This document shows, piece by piece, positions 37,934 through 46,477 of a stretch of DNA of 54,293 nucleotides. Position 1 is the first letter of the stretch. Each line of letters opens with the position of its first letter. The notes below the pieces were generated by a model. It was not told where the DNA came from and made no database searches. It saw nothing but the letters and a program-made list of their open reading frames with translations. Both the position numbers and the translations under genes were made by a program. Source of the stretch: Candidatus Sericytochromatia bacterium (GTDB lineage: Bacteria > Cyanobacteriota > Sericytochromatia > S15B-MN24 > UBA4093); the NCBI GenBank assembly GCA_036676495.1, contig JAKFCT010000023.1:1-54293 (forward strand). Direction: 5' to 3'.

Positions 37934-39709
37934 ATGTTGAAGACGCTGAGGATCACCAACTTTATCCTGATCGAGTCCCTCACCCTGGACCTGGCCGCGG
38001 GCATCTGCCTCTTGACCGGTGAGACGGGAGCGGGCAAATCCATCATCATCGACGCCGTGCTGGCCGTCCTCGGAGGACGGGTCTCCACCGACCTGATCCG
38101 GGCCGGAGCCAACCGGGCCTCCCTCGAAGCCACCTTCGCGCTGGAGCCCTCCGAGAGCCTCCGGGCCCTCCTCGATACCCACGGCATCGAGCTGGCCGTC
38201 GCCGGGGAGCTCACGCTCTCGCGCGAGGTCACCCCGAAAGGCAGCCGCTGCCGTATCGAAGGCCAGCTGGTCCCTCAATCGGCTCTCAAAGAGGTCGGAG
38301 AGACCCTCGTCGACGTGCTGGGCCAGCACGAGAACACCCTTCTGACCCGCTCGCGCGAGCACCTGCGCATCCTCGACGAGTTCGCGGGAAGCGAGGCCAT
38401 GGCGGCCCGCGTGGAGACCGCCCGCCTTTACGCCAAGCTGCTCTCCCTGCGCGGAGAACTCGCCGCGCTGGAGCGGACGGCGGCCGAGCGCGAGCGGCAG
38501 CGCGACTTCTGGCAGTATCAGCTCGCCGAGATCGAGGCCGCGGAAGTCCATAACCCTACGGAGGCCGATGACCTCAAGGCCGAGCGCCAGATCCTCGCCA
38601 ACGCCGAAGACCTCAAGCGAGAGCTCACGACCGCCTATGCGCGCCTCTACGACGGGGGCGAAGACGCTCCCGCCGTCACCGACCAGATTGACGAGGTGCT
38701 GTCGACCCTTCGGGACGGCGCCGAACTGGATGCGGAGCTGGGGCCGCTGGCCGAGGCCGTGGAGAGCGCCCTCTCGACGCTTCAAGATACCGCTCGTGAA
38801 ATCCGCCGCCGCGCCGAGCGCCTGGAAGCCGATCCCGAACGCCTGGGCGAACTCGAGGGCCGCCTCGACCTGCTGCGCGATCTGCTTCGCAAGTACGGCC
38901 CGACGGTCGAGGACATGTGGGCGCTGGCCGACCGCCTCCGCCAGGACCTGGGCACGGCGGAGAGCGACTCGTCCCGCCAGGAGGCGATTCGCGCCGACCT
39001 CTTGCGGGTGGAGAAGCAGCTGGAGGTGACGGCTGGCCGTCTCACCGCCCTTCGCGAGGCGGCGGCGGGCCGGCTGGAAGCGGCCGTGGGCCAGGAACTC
39101 CGGGACCTGGGCATGAAAGAGGCGCGCTTCTTCGTCGAGTTCAAGCCCCACGCCGGGATCACGGCCGAGGGCGCCCAGTCGGCGGAGTTCATGCTGGCCC
39201 CCAACCCGGGAGAGCCTCCGCGACCGCTAGCCAAGACGGCTTCCGGGGGTGAGTTGGCCCGCCTCATGCTCGCGCTCAAGACGGTCCTGCACCGCGAGGA
39301 CGGGACTCCCACGCTGATCTTCGACGAGGTGGACACGGGGATTTCCGGACGGGCGGCCCAGGTGGTGGCCCAGAAGATCGCGAGCCTCGGCTTGCGCAGC
39401 CAGATCCTGTTGATCACGCATATGCCGGCAATCGCCGCCATCGCGGATCGCCACTGGCATATCGAGAAGCGCATCGCCGAAGGGCGCACCTCGGTGGCCC
39501 TGGAGCGTCTCGACGGAGATGCGGTGGTCCGGGAGTTGGCGCATATCGCGTCGGGCGACGCCGCGTCGCCGGCGGCCCTCAGCCATGCCCGGGAGCTGCT
39601 GGACAAGGCGCGACAGTTCAAGCGTGAAGCCGCCGGCGCTCCCGAAGCCGCCGGTGCGCGTGACGCCTCGGGCGCGGCTCCGATGGCTTCGGGCGGTAAA
39701 CGGAAATGA
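37934..39709 (+). CDS. recN: DNA repair protein RecN
   Basis: MLKTLRITNFILIE, LTGETGAGKSIIIDA, ASGGELARLMLA, LIFDEVDTGISG, ITH. Confidence 0.96.
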   Translation: MLKTLRITNFILIESLTLDLAAGICLLTGETGAGKSIIIDAVLAVLGGRVSTDLIRAGANRASLEATFALEPSESLRALLDTHGIELAVAGELTLSREVTPKGSRCRIEGQLVPQSALKEVGETLVDVLGQHENTLLTRSREHLRILDEFAGSEAMAARVETARLYAKLLSLRGELAALERTAAERERQRDFWQYQLAEIEAAEVHNPTEADDLKAERQILANAEDLKRELTTAYARLYDGGEDAPAVTDQIDEVLSTLRDGAELDAELGPLAEAVESALSTLQDTAREIRRRAERLEADPERLGELEGRLDLLRDLLRKYGPTVEDMWALADRLRQDLGTAESDSSRQEAIRADLLRVEKQLEVTAGRLTALREAAAGRLEAAVGQELRDLGMKEARFFVEFKPHAGITAEGAQSAEFMLAPNPGEPPRPLAKTASGGELARLMLALKTVLHREDGTPTLIFDEVDTGISGRAAQVVAQKIASLGLRSQILLITHMPAIAAIADRHWHIEKRIAEGRTSVALERLDGDAVVRELAHIASGDAASPAALSHARELLDKARQFKREAAGAPEAAGARDASGAAPMASGGKRK

Positions 39710-40191
39710 GCGAGTGCCGGGTTCGGTTGAAGAACGGTGCCCGGGAGCTCGAGCTGGAGGGCGATCGCCTCTTCGTCGAAGAGCAACTCGCGCGCTACGC
39801 TCCTTGGGTTCAGGCCTCCGACGCTCCCGGGGACGCTTCCGCCGATCCCGCCGCTCCTCCGGAGCGCGAAGCCGTGGAATTGCCGCGGGTTTCCCCGTCC
39901 TTCCGGGTGCAAGCCGCGATCAGCTTCGCCGACTTCCTTCAGCTGAAATCCCCCCGGACCCCGCTGGGGCAGTTGCTGGTCCTTGCGTACTTCGTCGAGA
40001 AGTACCAGCAGCGGCCGGCCTACGCTCCCTCGGAGCTGGTGACCTGGTGGCAGGAGCGCTGGCCGACTGAGACGCTCGATCCGCAGCTCTGGCAGGAAGC
40101 CATCGCGGAGGGCTTCCTGGAATGGGAGACTCCCGAGGCGCTGACGCTGACGTACCGCGGCCAGCTGCATGTCCGCGACGGGCTTGCCTGA
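39706..40191 (+). CDS. Hypothetical protein translationally coupled to recN
   Basis: ATGA overlap with recN stop; ELELEGD N-terminal strand and winged-helix-like tail (LTLTYRG). Confidence 0.7.
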   Translation: MSECRVRLKNGARELELEGDRLFVEEQLARYAPWVQASDAPGDASADPAAPPEREAVELPRVSPSFRVQAAISFADFLQLKSPRTPLGQLLVLAYFVEKYQQRPAYAPSELVTWWQERWPTETLDPQLWQEAIAEGFLEWETPEALTLTYRGQLHVRDGLA

Positions 40192-40331
40192 GAGCCACCT
40201 GAAACCGTCTACCGAAACTCCCGGATCAATCGTCGTTAGCCATCATCCCTCTCGTCCGAGTTGCGCGAACCCGGATCCCCTGCGTCACGCTAGGATGGAG
40301 ACGCGACGTCCGGGATCTCGGAGGGGGCGCT

Positions 40332-41129
40332 TTGCGGCGATCAACGACGCGATCAAAGACGCGGCTATCGGCCGTTTTCCTCGTCGTCGGCCTGGGGGGC
40401 TGCTCGGAAGGCACGCCGCAGCCTCCGGCCCTTCCGGATTCCCCTCCGGCTCAGAATCAGCGCCTCGATGAACCGGTTCCCTTGCCGTCGCCTTGGCCCC
40501 GCGTTCTGGGGAAGGCGGGTCGGCTCGACGAGCGGTTCCGGCAAGGCCTCGCGGCTTGGAAGGATGTCCGACAGGATGGGCATGACGCCGCATGGCTCTT
40601 TCCGGGAGTTTGGGTCGTCACGCCCCAGGGGCTGCTGCACGACGAGATTCGGCGCCCGCCGGCCCTGTCGTTTCGCCGCTACGCCGGGGGGGCCTTCGGG
40701 ACTCCGAACGGCGAGTTGCCCGCCCGGTACCGCGTAGCGTTGACGCTGACTCCCCTCGACGCGCATGCCCAGAACTACCCGCCGGTCGGGGACCTGGGCG
40801 TGCCGATCTACTACCTGGATCCGCTGCATTACGTCGAGGTGGTCTTCAAGCCGGAGAGCTTCGAGATCTGGGCCTGTGACGGGGGGCTGCCCACCAAGTG
40901 GCGCGGCTGGCACCCGCTTTATCAGACTGCGCTGGAGACGAAGGCCAAGCAGGCGCGCCGGCTCATGGCCGAGGTCGATTCCGCGGCGGGGACGCTGGCG
41001 GTCACGGTGGACGGGACGCTCATGGCGACCGTTCGGCACGGCTTGATTCAGCCTTATTCCCACTTCTTCGCCCTCAGGGCGACGGGGAACAAGGTCCTTT
41101 ACTCCGAGCTGAAGCTTGAGAGTCCTTGA
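40332..41129 (+). CDS. Hypothetical lipoprotein, beta-sandwich-like
   Basis: Lipobox LGGC after a hydrophobic stretch; aromatic beta-rich body. Confidence 0.65.
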   Translation: MRRSTTRSKTRLSAVFLVVGLGGCSEGTPQPPALPDSPPAQNQRLDEPVPLPSPWPRVLGKAGRLDERFRQGLAAWKDVRQDGHDAAWLFPGVWVVTPQGLLHDEIRRPPALSFRRYAGGAFGTPNGELPARYRVALTLTPLDAHAQNYPPVGDLGVPIYYLDPLHYVEVVFKPESFEIWACDGGLPTKWRGWHPLYQTALETKAKQARRLMAEVDSAAGTLAVTVDGTLMATVRHGLIQPYSHFFALRATGNKVLYSELKLESP

Positions 41130-41134
41130 CGCGC

Positions 41135-41665
41135 CTAGAGCGGGGGCGGCTCTTCGGAGAGCGGGAACATGATGGCGCCGGTCTCGGGGTCGCGATGCGC
41201 GATCAGCGCCGAGAGATCGGGAGCCGCATGGGCGAGGGCCTCGGCCGGAATCTCGATCTGGGTCGCCGTCTCGCGGATCGGAAGCACCAGGGGGATGACC
41301 AGTGGCTTGCCCTTGCGGATGACCTCGTAGGCCAGCACCTGCTGGCTGTCCAGGTCGAAGATCACGTCGGTGATGGCTCCGAGCGCGCGTCCGTCGTCGG
41401 TCACCAGCAGCTTGCCGAGCCCGGCGGGCTCGGCCTCCGGGACGAAGGCCCCCTCGCCCGCGGTGATGGTGATCTGCCCCGGCTCGATGGCCGCGATCTG
41501 CTCCTGGGCCACCACGTGATCGGCCTGCTGAGGGCCGCCGACCTTCAGCCCCAGCAGTTGCCCGCTGGTCGGATCCCAGATCACTTGCTTGACCTTCCCG
41601 AGACGCTTCCCGGTCTTGGCGTCGACCACCATGCGGCTCATCAATTCGCGTCCGTAGTAAATCAC
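41135..41665 (-). CDS. Tandem PRC-barrel protein
   Basis: GTG start 41665; VVDAKTGKRLGKVKQVIWD and LVTDDGRALGAITDVIFD repeats. Confidence 0.85.
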   Translation of the reverse strand: MIYYGRELMSRMVVDAKTGKRLGKVKQVIWDPTSGQLLGLKVGGPQQADHVVAQEQIAAIEPGQITITAGEGAFVPEAEPAGLGKLLVTDDGRALGAITDVIFDLDSQQVLAYEVIRKGKPLVIPLVLPIRETATQIEIPAEALAHAAPDLSALIAHRDPETGAIMFPLSEEPPPL

Positions 41666-41767
41666 GGCATCCTCCCGAGGGCTCTCGAGCCCATGGTAGG
41701 AGCTTTGACCCACGCGGCCTTGGGAGGAATGCCCAAAGGGTTTCTGCGGCGAGGGCGAGAAACCGAA

Positions 41768-41792
41768 GGGCCCGCCGGATTCCGGCGGGCCC
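41768..41792 (-). terminator. Hairpin after the cyclophilin gene
   Basis: GGGCCCGCCGGA-t-TCCGGCGGGCCC. Confidence 0.6.
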
Positions 41793-41801
41793 AGGGGCGG
41801 T

Positions 41802-42227
41802 TTAGTCCTGGATGGTGACCTTGTCCATCTTGTCGCCCTGCTTGATGGCGTTGACGACGTCCATCCCGCTCTCGACCTCCCCGAAGACGGTGTGAACGCC
41901 ATCGAGGTGGGGCTGGGGGCAGTGCGTGATGAAGAACTGCGAGCCGCCCGTGTCGGGGCCCCGGTGGGCCATCGAGAGGGCGCCCGTGCCGTGCTTGTGG
42001 GGGTTGCCCTTGGTCTCGCAGGGGATGGTGTAGCCGGGGCCGCCGACTCCGGTGCCCTGCGGGCAGCCACCCTGGATCATGAAGTTCGGGATCACCCGGT
42101 GGAAGGTCAACCCGTCGTAGTAGCCCTCCTTGGCGAGCTTGGCGAAGTTCGCCACGGTCCCAGGGGCCTCCTGGGGGAAGAGCGTGAGGGTGATGTCGCC
42201 CTTGGCGGTGGTGATGACGGCTTTCAT
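41802..42227 (-). CDS. Cyclophilin-type peptidyl-prolyl isomerase
   Basis: [41 protein letters not shown]. Confidence 0.96.
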   Translation of the reverse strand: MKAVITTAKGDITLTLFPQEAPGTVANFAKLAKEGYYDGLTFHRVIPNFMIQGGCPQGTGVGGPGYTIPCETKGNPHKHGTGALSMAHRGPDTGGSQFFITHCPQPHLDGVHTVFGEVESGMDVVNAIKQGDKMDKVTIQD

Positions 42228-42307
42228 CGCGTGGGATCTCTCCTCGTACGTGTCTTGGCGGGGTCGGAGCCTTCATTGTCCCATCTCCCCGGGCGAACCC
42301 GCAAGCG

Positions 42308-42976
42308 CTAGGGGCTCTCGATCTCCACCCGGTTGTCCACGTCTTGCACGCCCCAGGTCATCCAGACGTCCTCCTCGGCCATGTTGCGCTCGGCTTCCGA
42401 GCGCGCGAGCCCGTAGAGCGTGACGCAGCCGTTCCGGACCTCGACGTGGAAGCGCAGGGCGTCGACCAGCTTGTCCTTGTCGAAGGCGACCCGGATGGAG
42501 TTCAGGATCTCCTGATCGGAGTCCTCCTCCTCGGGAACCACCGCGATCGCGTTATGCACGTCGGTCACTCCCGGCACCCACCAGGCCACCAGCCCCGCCA
42601 GCCGCTTCTTGGCCAGCGCGTCCTGATGCCCCGTCAGCGTCACCACGCCCTCGTTCACCGTGATCACGAGGTCCCGCTCGCTGAGGTAGGGATCCTCGGT
42701 CAGGGCGTCGCGGACGTGCATGGCGATCACCTCGTCCGTGCGCTGCGGCATCGCCCGGACCCGCAGCCGATTCTCCACCCGGGAGACCCCTTCGACCTGA
42801 CGGATCACCTGCTCGGCTACCCGCATGGCGATCACGCTCTCGGTGATCCCTTCCAGCAGGACCGTCCCTCCTTGCACCCGGAAAGAAATCGCGCCGCCCT
42901 CGCTCCGGGAGCGCACCCGCGGATCGCGGGTCAGGGCGGCGCCAATAGCCTCTTGGATGTCGACGTCGGTCTTCAT
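42308..42976 (-). CDS. Triple BON-domain protein
   Basis: Three D..I...V..G.V(T/L)L.G.....GV..V.N.(L/I/V) repeats. Confidence 0.9.
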   Translation of the reverse strand: MKTDVDIQEAIGAALTRDPRVRSRSEGGAISFRVQGGTVLLEGITESVIAMRVAEQVIRQVEGVSRVENRLRVRAMPQRTDEVIAMHVRDALTEDPYLSERDLVITVNEGVVTLTGHQDALAKKRLAGLVAWWVPGVTDVHNAIAVVPEEEDSDQEILNSIRVAFDKDKLVDALRFHVEVRNGCVTLYGLARSEAERNMAEEDVWMTWGVQDVDNRVEIESP

Positions 42977-43113
42977 GGGGGGCCTCCTCTCGCGGTCGAT
43001 CGCGCGCCCCGTCGACGGCGGACTCTGGAGTCGGGCCGCCGGGGCGCCCTCAGGGCGATCTTACCTCCGAACGGGAGGGCCGGGATTGGGAGGAGGAGAC
43101 GAAAAAGGCGGGC

Positions 43114-43371
43114 TTAGTCGTCGTCCGACGCGTTCTGCGGGCGGAACTGCCGGATCTTGGAGCCCGCCGCCGGGGTCGGGGCCGGCGTCGGCTTGGGAGC
43201 CGCGAACTTCCGCTCGGCTTCACCCACCATGCGGGCGAACTGCGCGAAGTCCTCCACGCTGAAGTAGAGGGCCGCCTGGTAGGCGTTCACCACCACCTTG
43301 TTCTCGCCCTCGACGTACCAGATGGTCCCGAAGTCGCACTCGCCCAGGGTTCGAAAGTTGTTGACGTCCAC
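43114..43371 (-). CDS. Small hypothetical protein (85 aa) downstream of the tandem leader array
   Basis: AAGGAG SD + GTG; compact domain, Pro-rich linker, tail SKIRQFRPQNASDDD. Confidence 0.75.
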   Translation of the reverse strand: MDVNNFRTLGECDFGTIWYVEGENKVVVNAYQAALYFSVEDFAQFARMVGEAERKFAAPKPTPAPTPAAGSKIRQFRPQNASDDD

Positions 43372-43383
43372 GGCTCTCTCCTT

Positions 43384-43606
43384 TGCTCAGTTCACCCGCC
43401 GCCCCTCAGCTTCGCCTCGTCAGCGGGTGGGGCCGCGGGCGCTGCTCAGTTCACCCGCCGCCCCTCGGCTTCGCCTCGTCAGCGGGTGGGGCCGCGGGCG
43501 CTGCTCAGTTCACCCGCCGCCCCTCGGCTTCGCCTCGTCAGCGGGTGGGGCCGCGGGCGCTGCTTCGTTCACCCGCCGCCACGCGGCGTCGCCGCGTCAG
43601 CGGGCG
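43384..43606 (-). repeat. Four tandem 59-bp hairpin units forming the predicted 5' UTR of the 43371 gene
   Basis: Units start at 43384, 43443, 43502 and 43561 (the last is diverged/partial); minus-strand unit GCGCCCGCGGCCCC-ACCCGCUG-ACGA-GGC-GAA-GCC-GAGGGG-CGGCGGGU-GAACUGAGCA. Confidence 0.92.
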
Positions 43607-43615
43607 CGGGAGTCG

Positions 43616-43624
43616 ATTCTATCA
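43616..43624 (-). promoter_or_regulatory. Extended -10 promoter immediately upstream of the array
   Basis: TGATAGAAT on the minus strand; predicted start site ~43610. Confidence 0.55.
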
Positions 43625-43650
43625 CGCGCGGGGCGCCGAGCGAAGTGCGC

Positions 43651-45957
43651 CTACCCCTCGATCAGGATCTTCGCCTTCCCTTGCTTGTTGGTGACGCGGG
43701 CCGTGGTCACCCCATTCGACTGGATGAACTGAAGATCGAGCGTGGTCTCGCGAATCCGCAGCCCGCGCACGTGGAGCTCGTCCAGCCAGGGCGGAAGGGT
43801 CGGCTGCACGATGCGCAGGGCGTTGCCGGGAGCGTCCGGCTGGATCCCCAGCGCCGCCTGCAGCATCAGGAAGAGCGTCCCGGCGGCCCAGGCCTGCGGA
43901 GAGCAGGCCACGGGATAGGGCACCGGCCGATCCAGCTCTCCCATGCGGGAGAAGCCGCAGAAGAGCTCCGGCAGCCGATAATACGGGAACTGCAAGGACG
44001 CCTGGAACAAGGCGTCGAAGAGCCGGATCACCTCGTCCTTGTAGCCATGATCGGCCATCCCCTTGATGATCAGCGAGTTGTCATGCGGCCAGATGGTGCC
44101 GTTGTGGTAGCTCATCGGGTTGTAGACCGGGCTGTCCGCCGACATGGTCCGCAGCCCCCAGCCCGAGAACATGGCCGGGGCCATGAGCTGCTCCACCAAC
44201 CGCGGGATCCGCTCCTCGGCGATGATCCCGCACCAGAGCGCCTGCCCCGGATTGGAGGTCATGACGTTGACTTGCCGCTTCTGCCCGTCGAGGGCCTCCA
44301 CGTAGAAGCCGTCCGCCTCGCTCCAGAAGGCCTGGTTGAAGGCTTCCTTGAGCTCGGCGGCCTCCCGGGAGAGCCGATCGCCGAGAATGCGCAGGTCCAT
44401 GAGGTAGCAGAGTTCGGCGGTGCGACGCTTGGCGTCGTAGACGTAGCCCTGCACCTCCGCGAGGGCGATCGCCCCCTCCGCCAGGGTCGCATCCGGGAAG
44501 ATCACCGAGTTGACCGAGTCCTTCCAGCCCTGCACCACCAGCCCGACCGGGCTGCGCCGCTGGTACTCCACGAAGCCGTCCCCGTCGAGGTCCCCGTAGC
44601 CCTCCAGCCACATCAGGGCCCCTTCCACCGCGTCCCAGATCTCCCGGACGAAGGCCACGTCCCCCGTCCAGCGGTAGTACTCCGACAGCAGGATCAAGAA
44701 CAGGGGAGTGGCATCCACCGAGCCGTAGTACGGGGTATGCGGCACCAGCCCCATGCGCGCCAATTCGCCGGTGCGAATCTCGTGCATGATCTTGCCGGGC
44801 TCCTCGTCCTTGAACGGGTTGTCCTCCTTGCCCTGGTACTTGGCCAGGAAGCGCAAGGTCCCCTTGGCGATCTCCGGCGTCAAGAGCAGGGTCTGGTAGG
44901 CCGTGATCAGGGCGTCGCGCCCGAAGGGGGCCGTGAACCAGGGGATGCCCGCCGAGGGGAAGAAGCCGGTGTCGTAATCGAGCGTCAGCGAGGCGATGTC
45001 GCGCATCGAGCGGTTGAGCATCAAGTGGTAGATCTCGTTGCTGCTCCAAAGGTGGGTCTTGGTCTCGGACTTCCGCTGGGCCTCCGCGTCGAGATCCGCG
45101 ACGAAGGCCATGAACGGCTTGAGATTTTGGTCCTGGGCCTGCTCCTCCCCGTGCAGGGTGGAGAGCGTGTACTCGAACTCCGCCTGGTCGCCGTTGGGGC
45201 CCAGCGAAAGCTCCAGGTGGGCGATCGCCCGCGTCGAGAAGTGCTCCGTCGGCAGCACTTCCAGCCGCTCCAGGGGGGCGCCTTCCAGGAAGCGGATGCG
45301 GGTCTGGCGAAAGAGCCCGTCGCCTCCCATGTAGCTCAAGACGAGCCCGCACTCGCCCTCGACCTTCGGCTGGAGGAAGGTCCCGTGCCGCTGGCGGTGC
45401 ATGCCGCGCACCTCGAAGATGTCCGCGTAGTCGGCGGCGAACTCCAGGCTGAGCCGCAGCTTCAGGGGGAAGGGGTTGTAGTTGACCACCCGGATCTGCT
45501 CGCGCAGGTAGTTCTCGATGGCCCGGATGCTCGAGACGTAGATCGTCTCCTGGGCGATTTCCGTGCCGTCCGGCAGCGAGAGCTTCTGGTTCATGTACTC
45601 GACCTGGCTGAGGAAGTTCCGCTCGGCCGAGAAGCTCAGAAGGGTCGGCACCTCCCCTTCCAAGCGCAAGATCAAGCCCGACAGGAAGCGGGTGTCCGAG
45701 GCGTAGAGCCCCATGCCGCAGCCGGTCCCGGGGTAGACGTTGCCGTCGTCCGCCGAGACCAGGAACAAGGACTCCTGCTTGATGACCTGCCGGCCCTCCC
45801 GGCAGGCCGTGAGCACGGCCGGGATCCCGCTCGACAAGACCGCGGAGAGCTCCCGGTCGATCTGGTAGATCTCGTTTCCGACCTGGATGGTCTTGGGCTC
45901 TCCGGCCTCCGTGTCACTCGGGGCCATGCTCCCGGTCCGGGGCAACTCGTCCGCCAT
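43651..45957 (-). CDS. Amylo-alpha-1,6-glucosidase / glycogen debranching family
   Basis: GLYASDTRFLS, ADYADIFEVRG, AGIPWFTAPFGRDALI, EEPGKIMHEIR, QGWKDS, YHNGTIWPHDN, ACSPQAWAA. Confidence 0.92.
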   Translation of the reverse strand: MADELPRTGSMAPSDTEAGEPKTIQVGNEIYQIDRELSAVLSSGIPAVLTACREGRQVIKQESLFLVSADDGNVYPGTGCGMGLYASDTRFLSGLILRLEGEVPTLLSFSAERNFLSQVEYMNQKLSLPDGTEIAQETIYVSSIRAIENYLREQIRVVNYNPFPLKLRLSLEFAADYADIFEVRGMHRQRHGTFLQPKVEGECGLVLSYMGGDGLFRQTRIRFLEGAPLERLEVLPTEHFSTRAIAHLELSLGPNGDQAEFEYTLSTLHGEEQAQDQNLKPFMAFVADLDAEAQRKSETKTHLWSSNEIYHLMLNRSMRDIASLTLDYDTGFFPSAGIPWFTAPFGRDALITAYQTLLLTPEIAKGTLRFLAKYQGKEDNPFKDEEPGKIMHEIRTGELARMGLVPHTPYYGSVDATPLFLILLSEYYRWTGDVAFVREIWDAVEGALMWLEGYGDLDGDGFVEYQRRSPVGLVVQGWKDSVNSVIFPDATLAEGAIALAEVQGYVYDAKRRTAELCYLMDLRILGDRLSREAAELKEAFNQAFWSEADGFYVEALDGQKRQVNVMTSNPGQALWCGIIAEERIPRLVEQLMAPAMFSGWGLRTMSADSPVYNPMSYHNGTIWPHDNSLIIKGMADHGYKDEVIRLFDALFQASLQFPYYRLPELFCGFSRMGELDRPVPYPVACSPQAWAAGTLFLMLQAALGIQPDAPGNALRIVQPTLPPWLDELHVRGLRIRETTLDLQFIQSNGVTTARVTNKQGKAKILIEG

Positions 45958-46007
45958 GTGGATCCTCCTGCTGCCGTCCCGTCGGGGTCGCGTTCCCGGG
46001 CGCGGCG

Positions 46008-46250
46008 TCAGCCGTCGGCGCCCGCCAGCTCGTAGCGCGAGGCGATCGCCCCTTGCCCCTCCCGCAGCCGGGTCAGCATGAAGCTCAGGTACGCGCTCAG
46101 TTCGGGGGTATCCGTCTCGAGGTAGATCTGGAGGATGTCCCCGTACTCCCGGAAATCGAGCTGGACATGGGGCTCGTGCTCGCGGGCCAGGTCGAGGAGC
46201 AGCAGCACCTCCGACTTGGAGCAGACGGAAAACTGGTGGGTCTTGCTCAT
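46008..46250 (-). CDS. Small hypothetical protein (80 aa)
   Basis: Plausible composition and GGGTG SD; co-oriented just upstream of the debranching gene. Confidence 0.6.
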   Translation of the reverse strand: MSKTHQFSVCSKSEVLLLLDLAREHEPHVQLDFREYGDILQIYLETDTPELSAYLSFMLTRLREGQGAIASRYELAGADG

Positions 46251-46477
46251 CCCGTCACCCCCTTCAGGCGGGCGGCACCGGATCCGAGGCCAGGCGATGG
46301 AGAGGCAGGTTCGGTGGAGCGGGGGGACGCGGGCATGTCGCGGCCTTCCGGCGCGCCGATGCGGATCGCCCCGATTCTAGGGCGCGCCCCCGGGGAAGTC
46401 AACCTTCGCAAGCCCCTCCCGGAGACTTGCCGATCCGCCATGAAGAGGTTAATATCGTTTTAAAGGGGGGTTAAGAT

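Noticed and set aside
43384-43606. CRISPR array
   Set aside because: Units are contiguous 59-bp copies with no unique spacers, and there are no cas genes in the window
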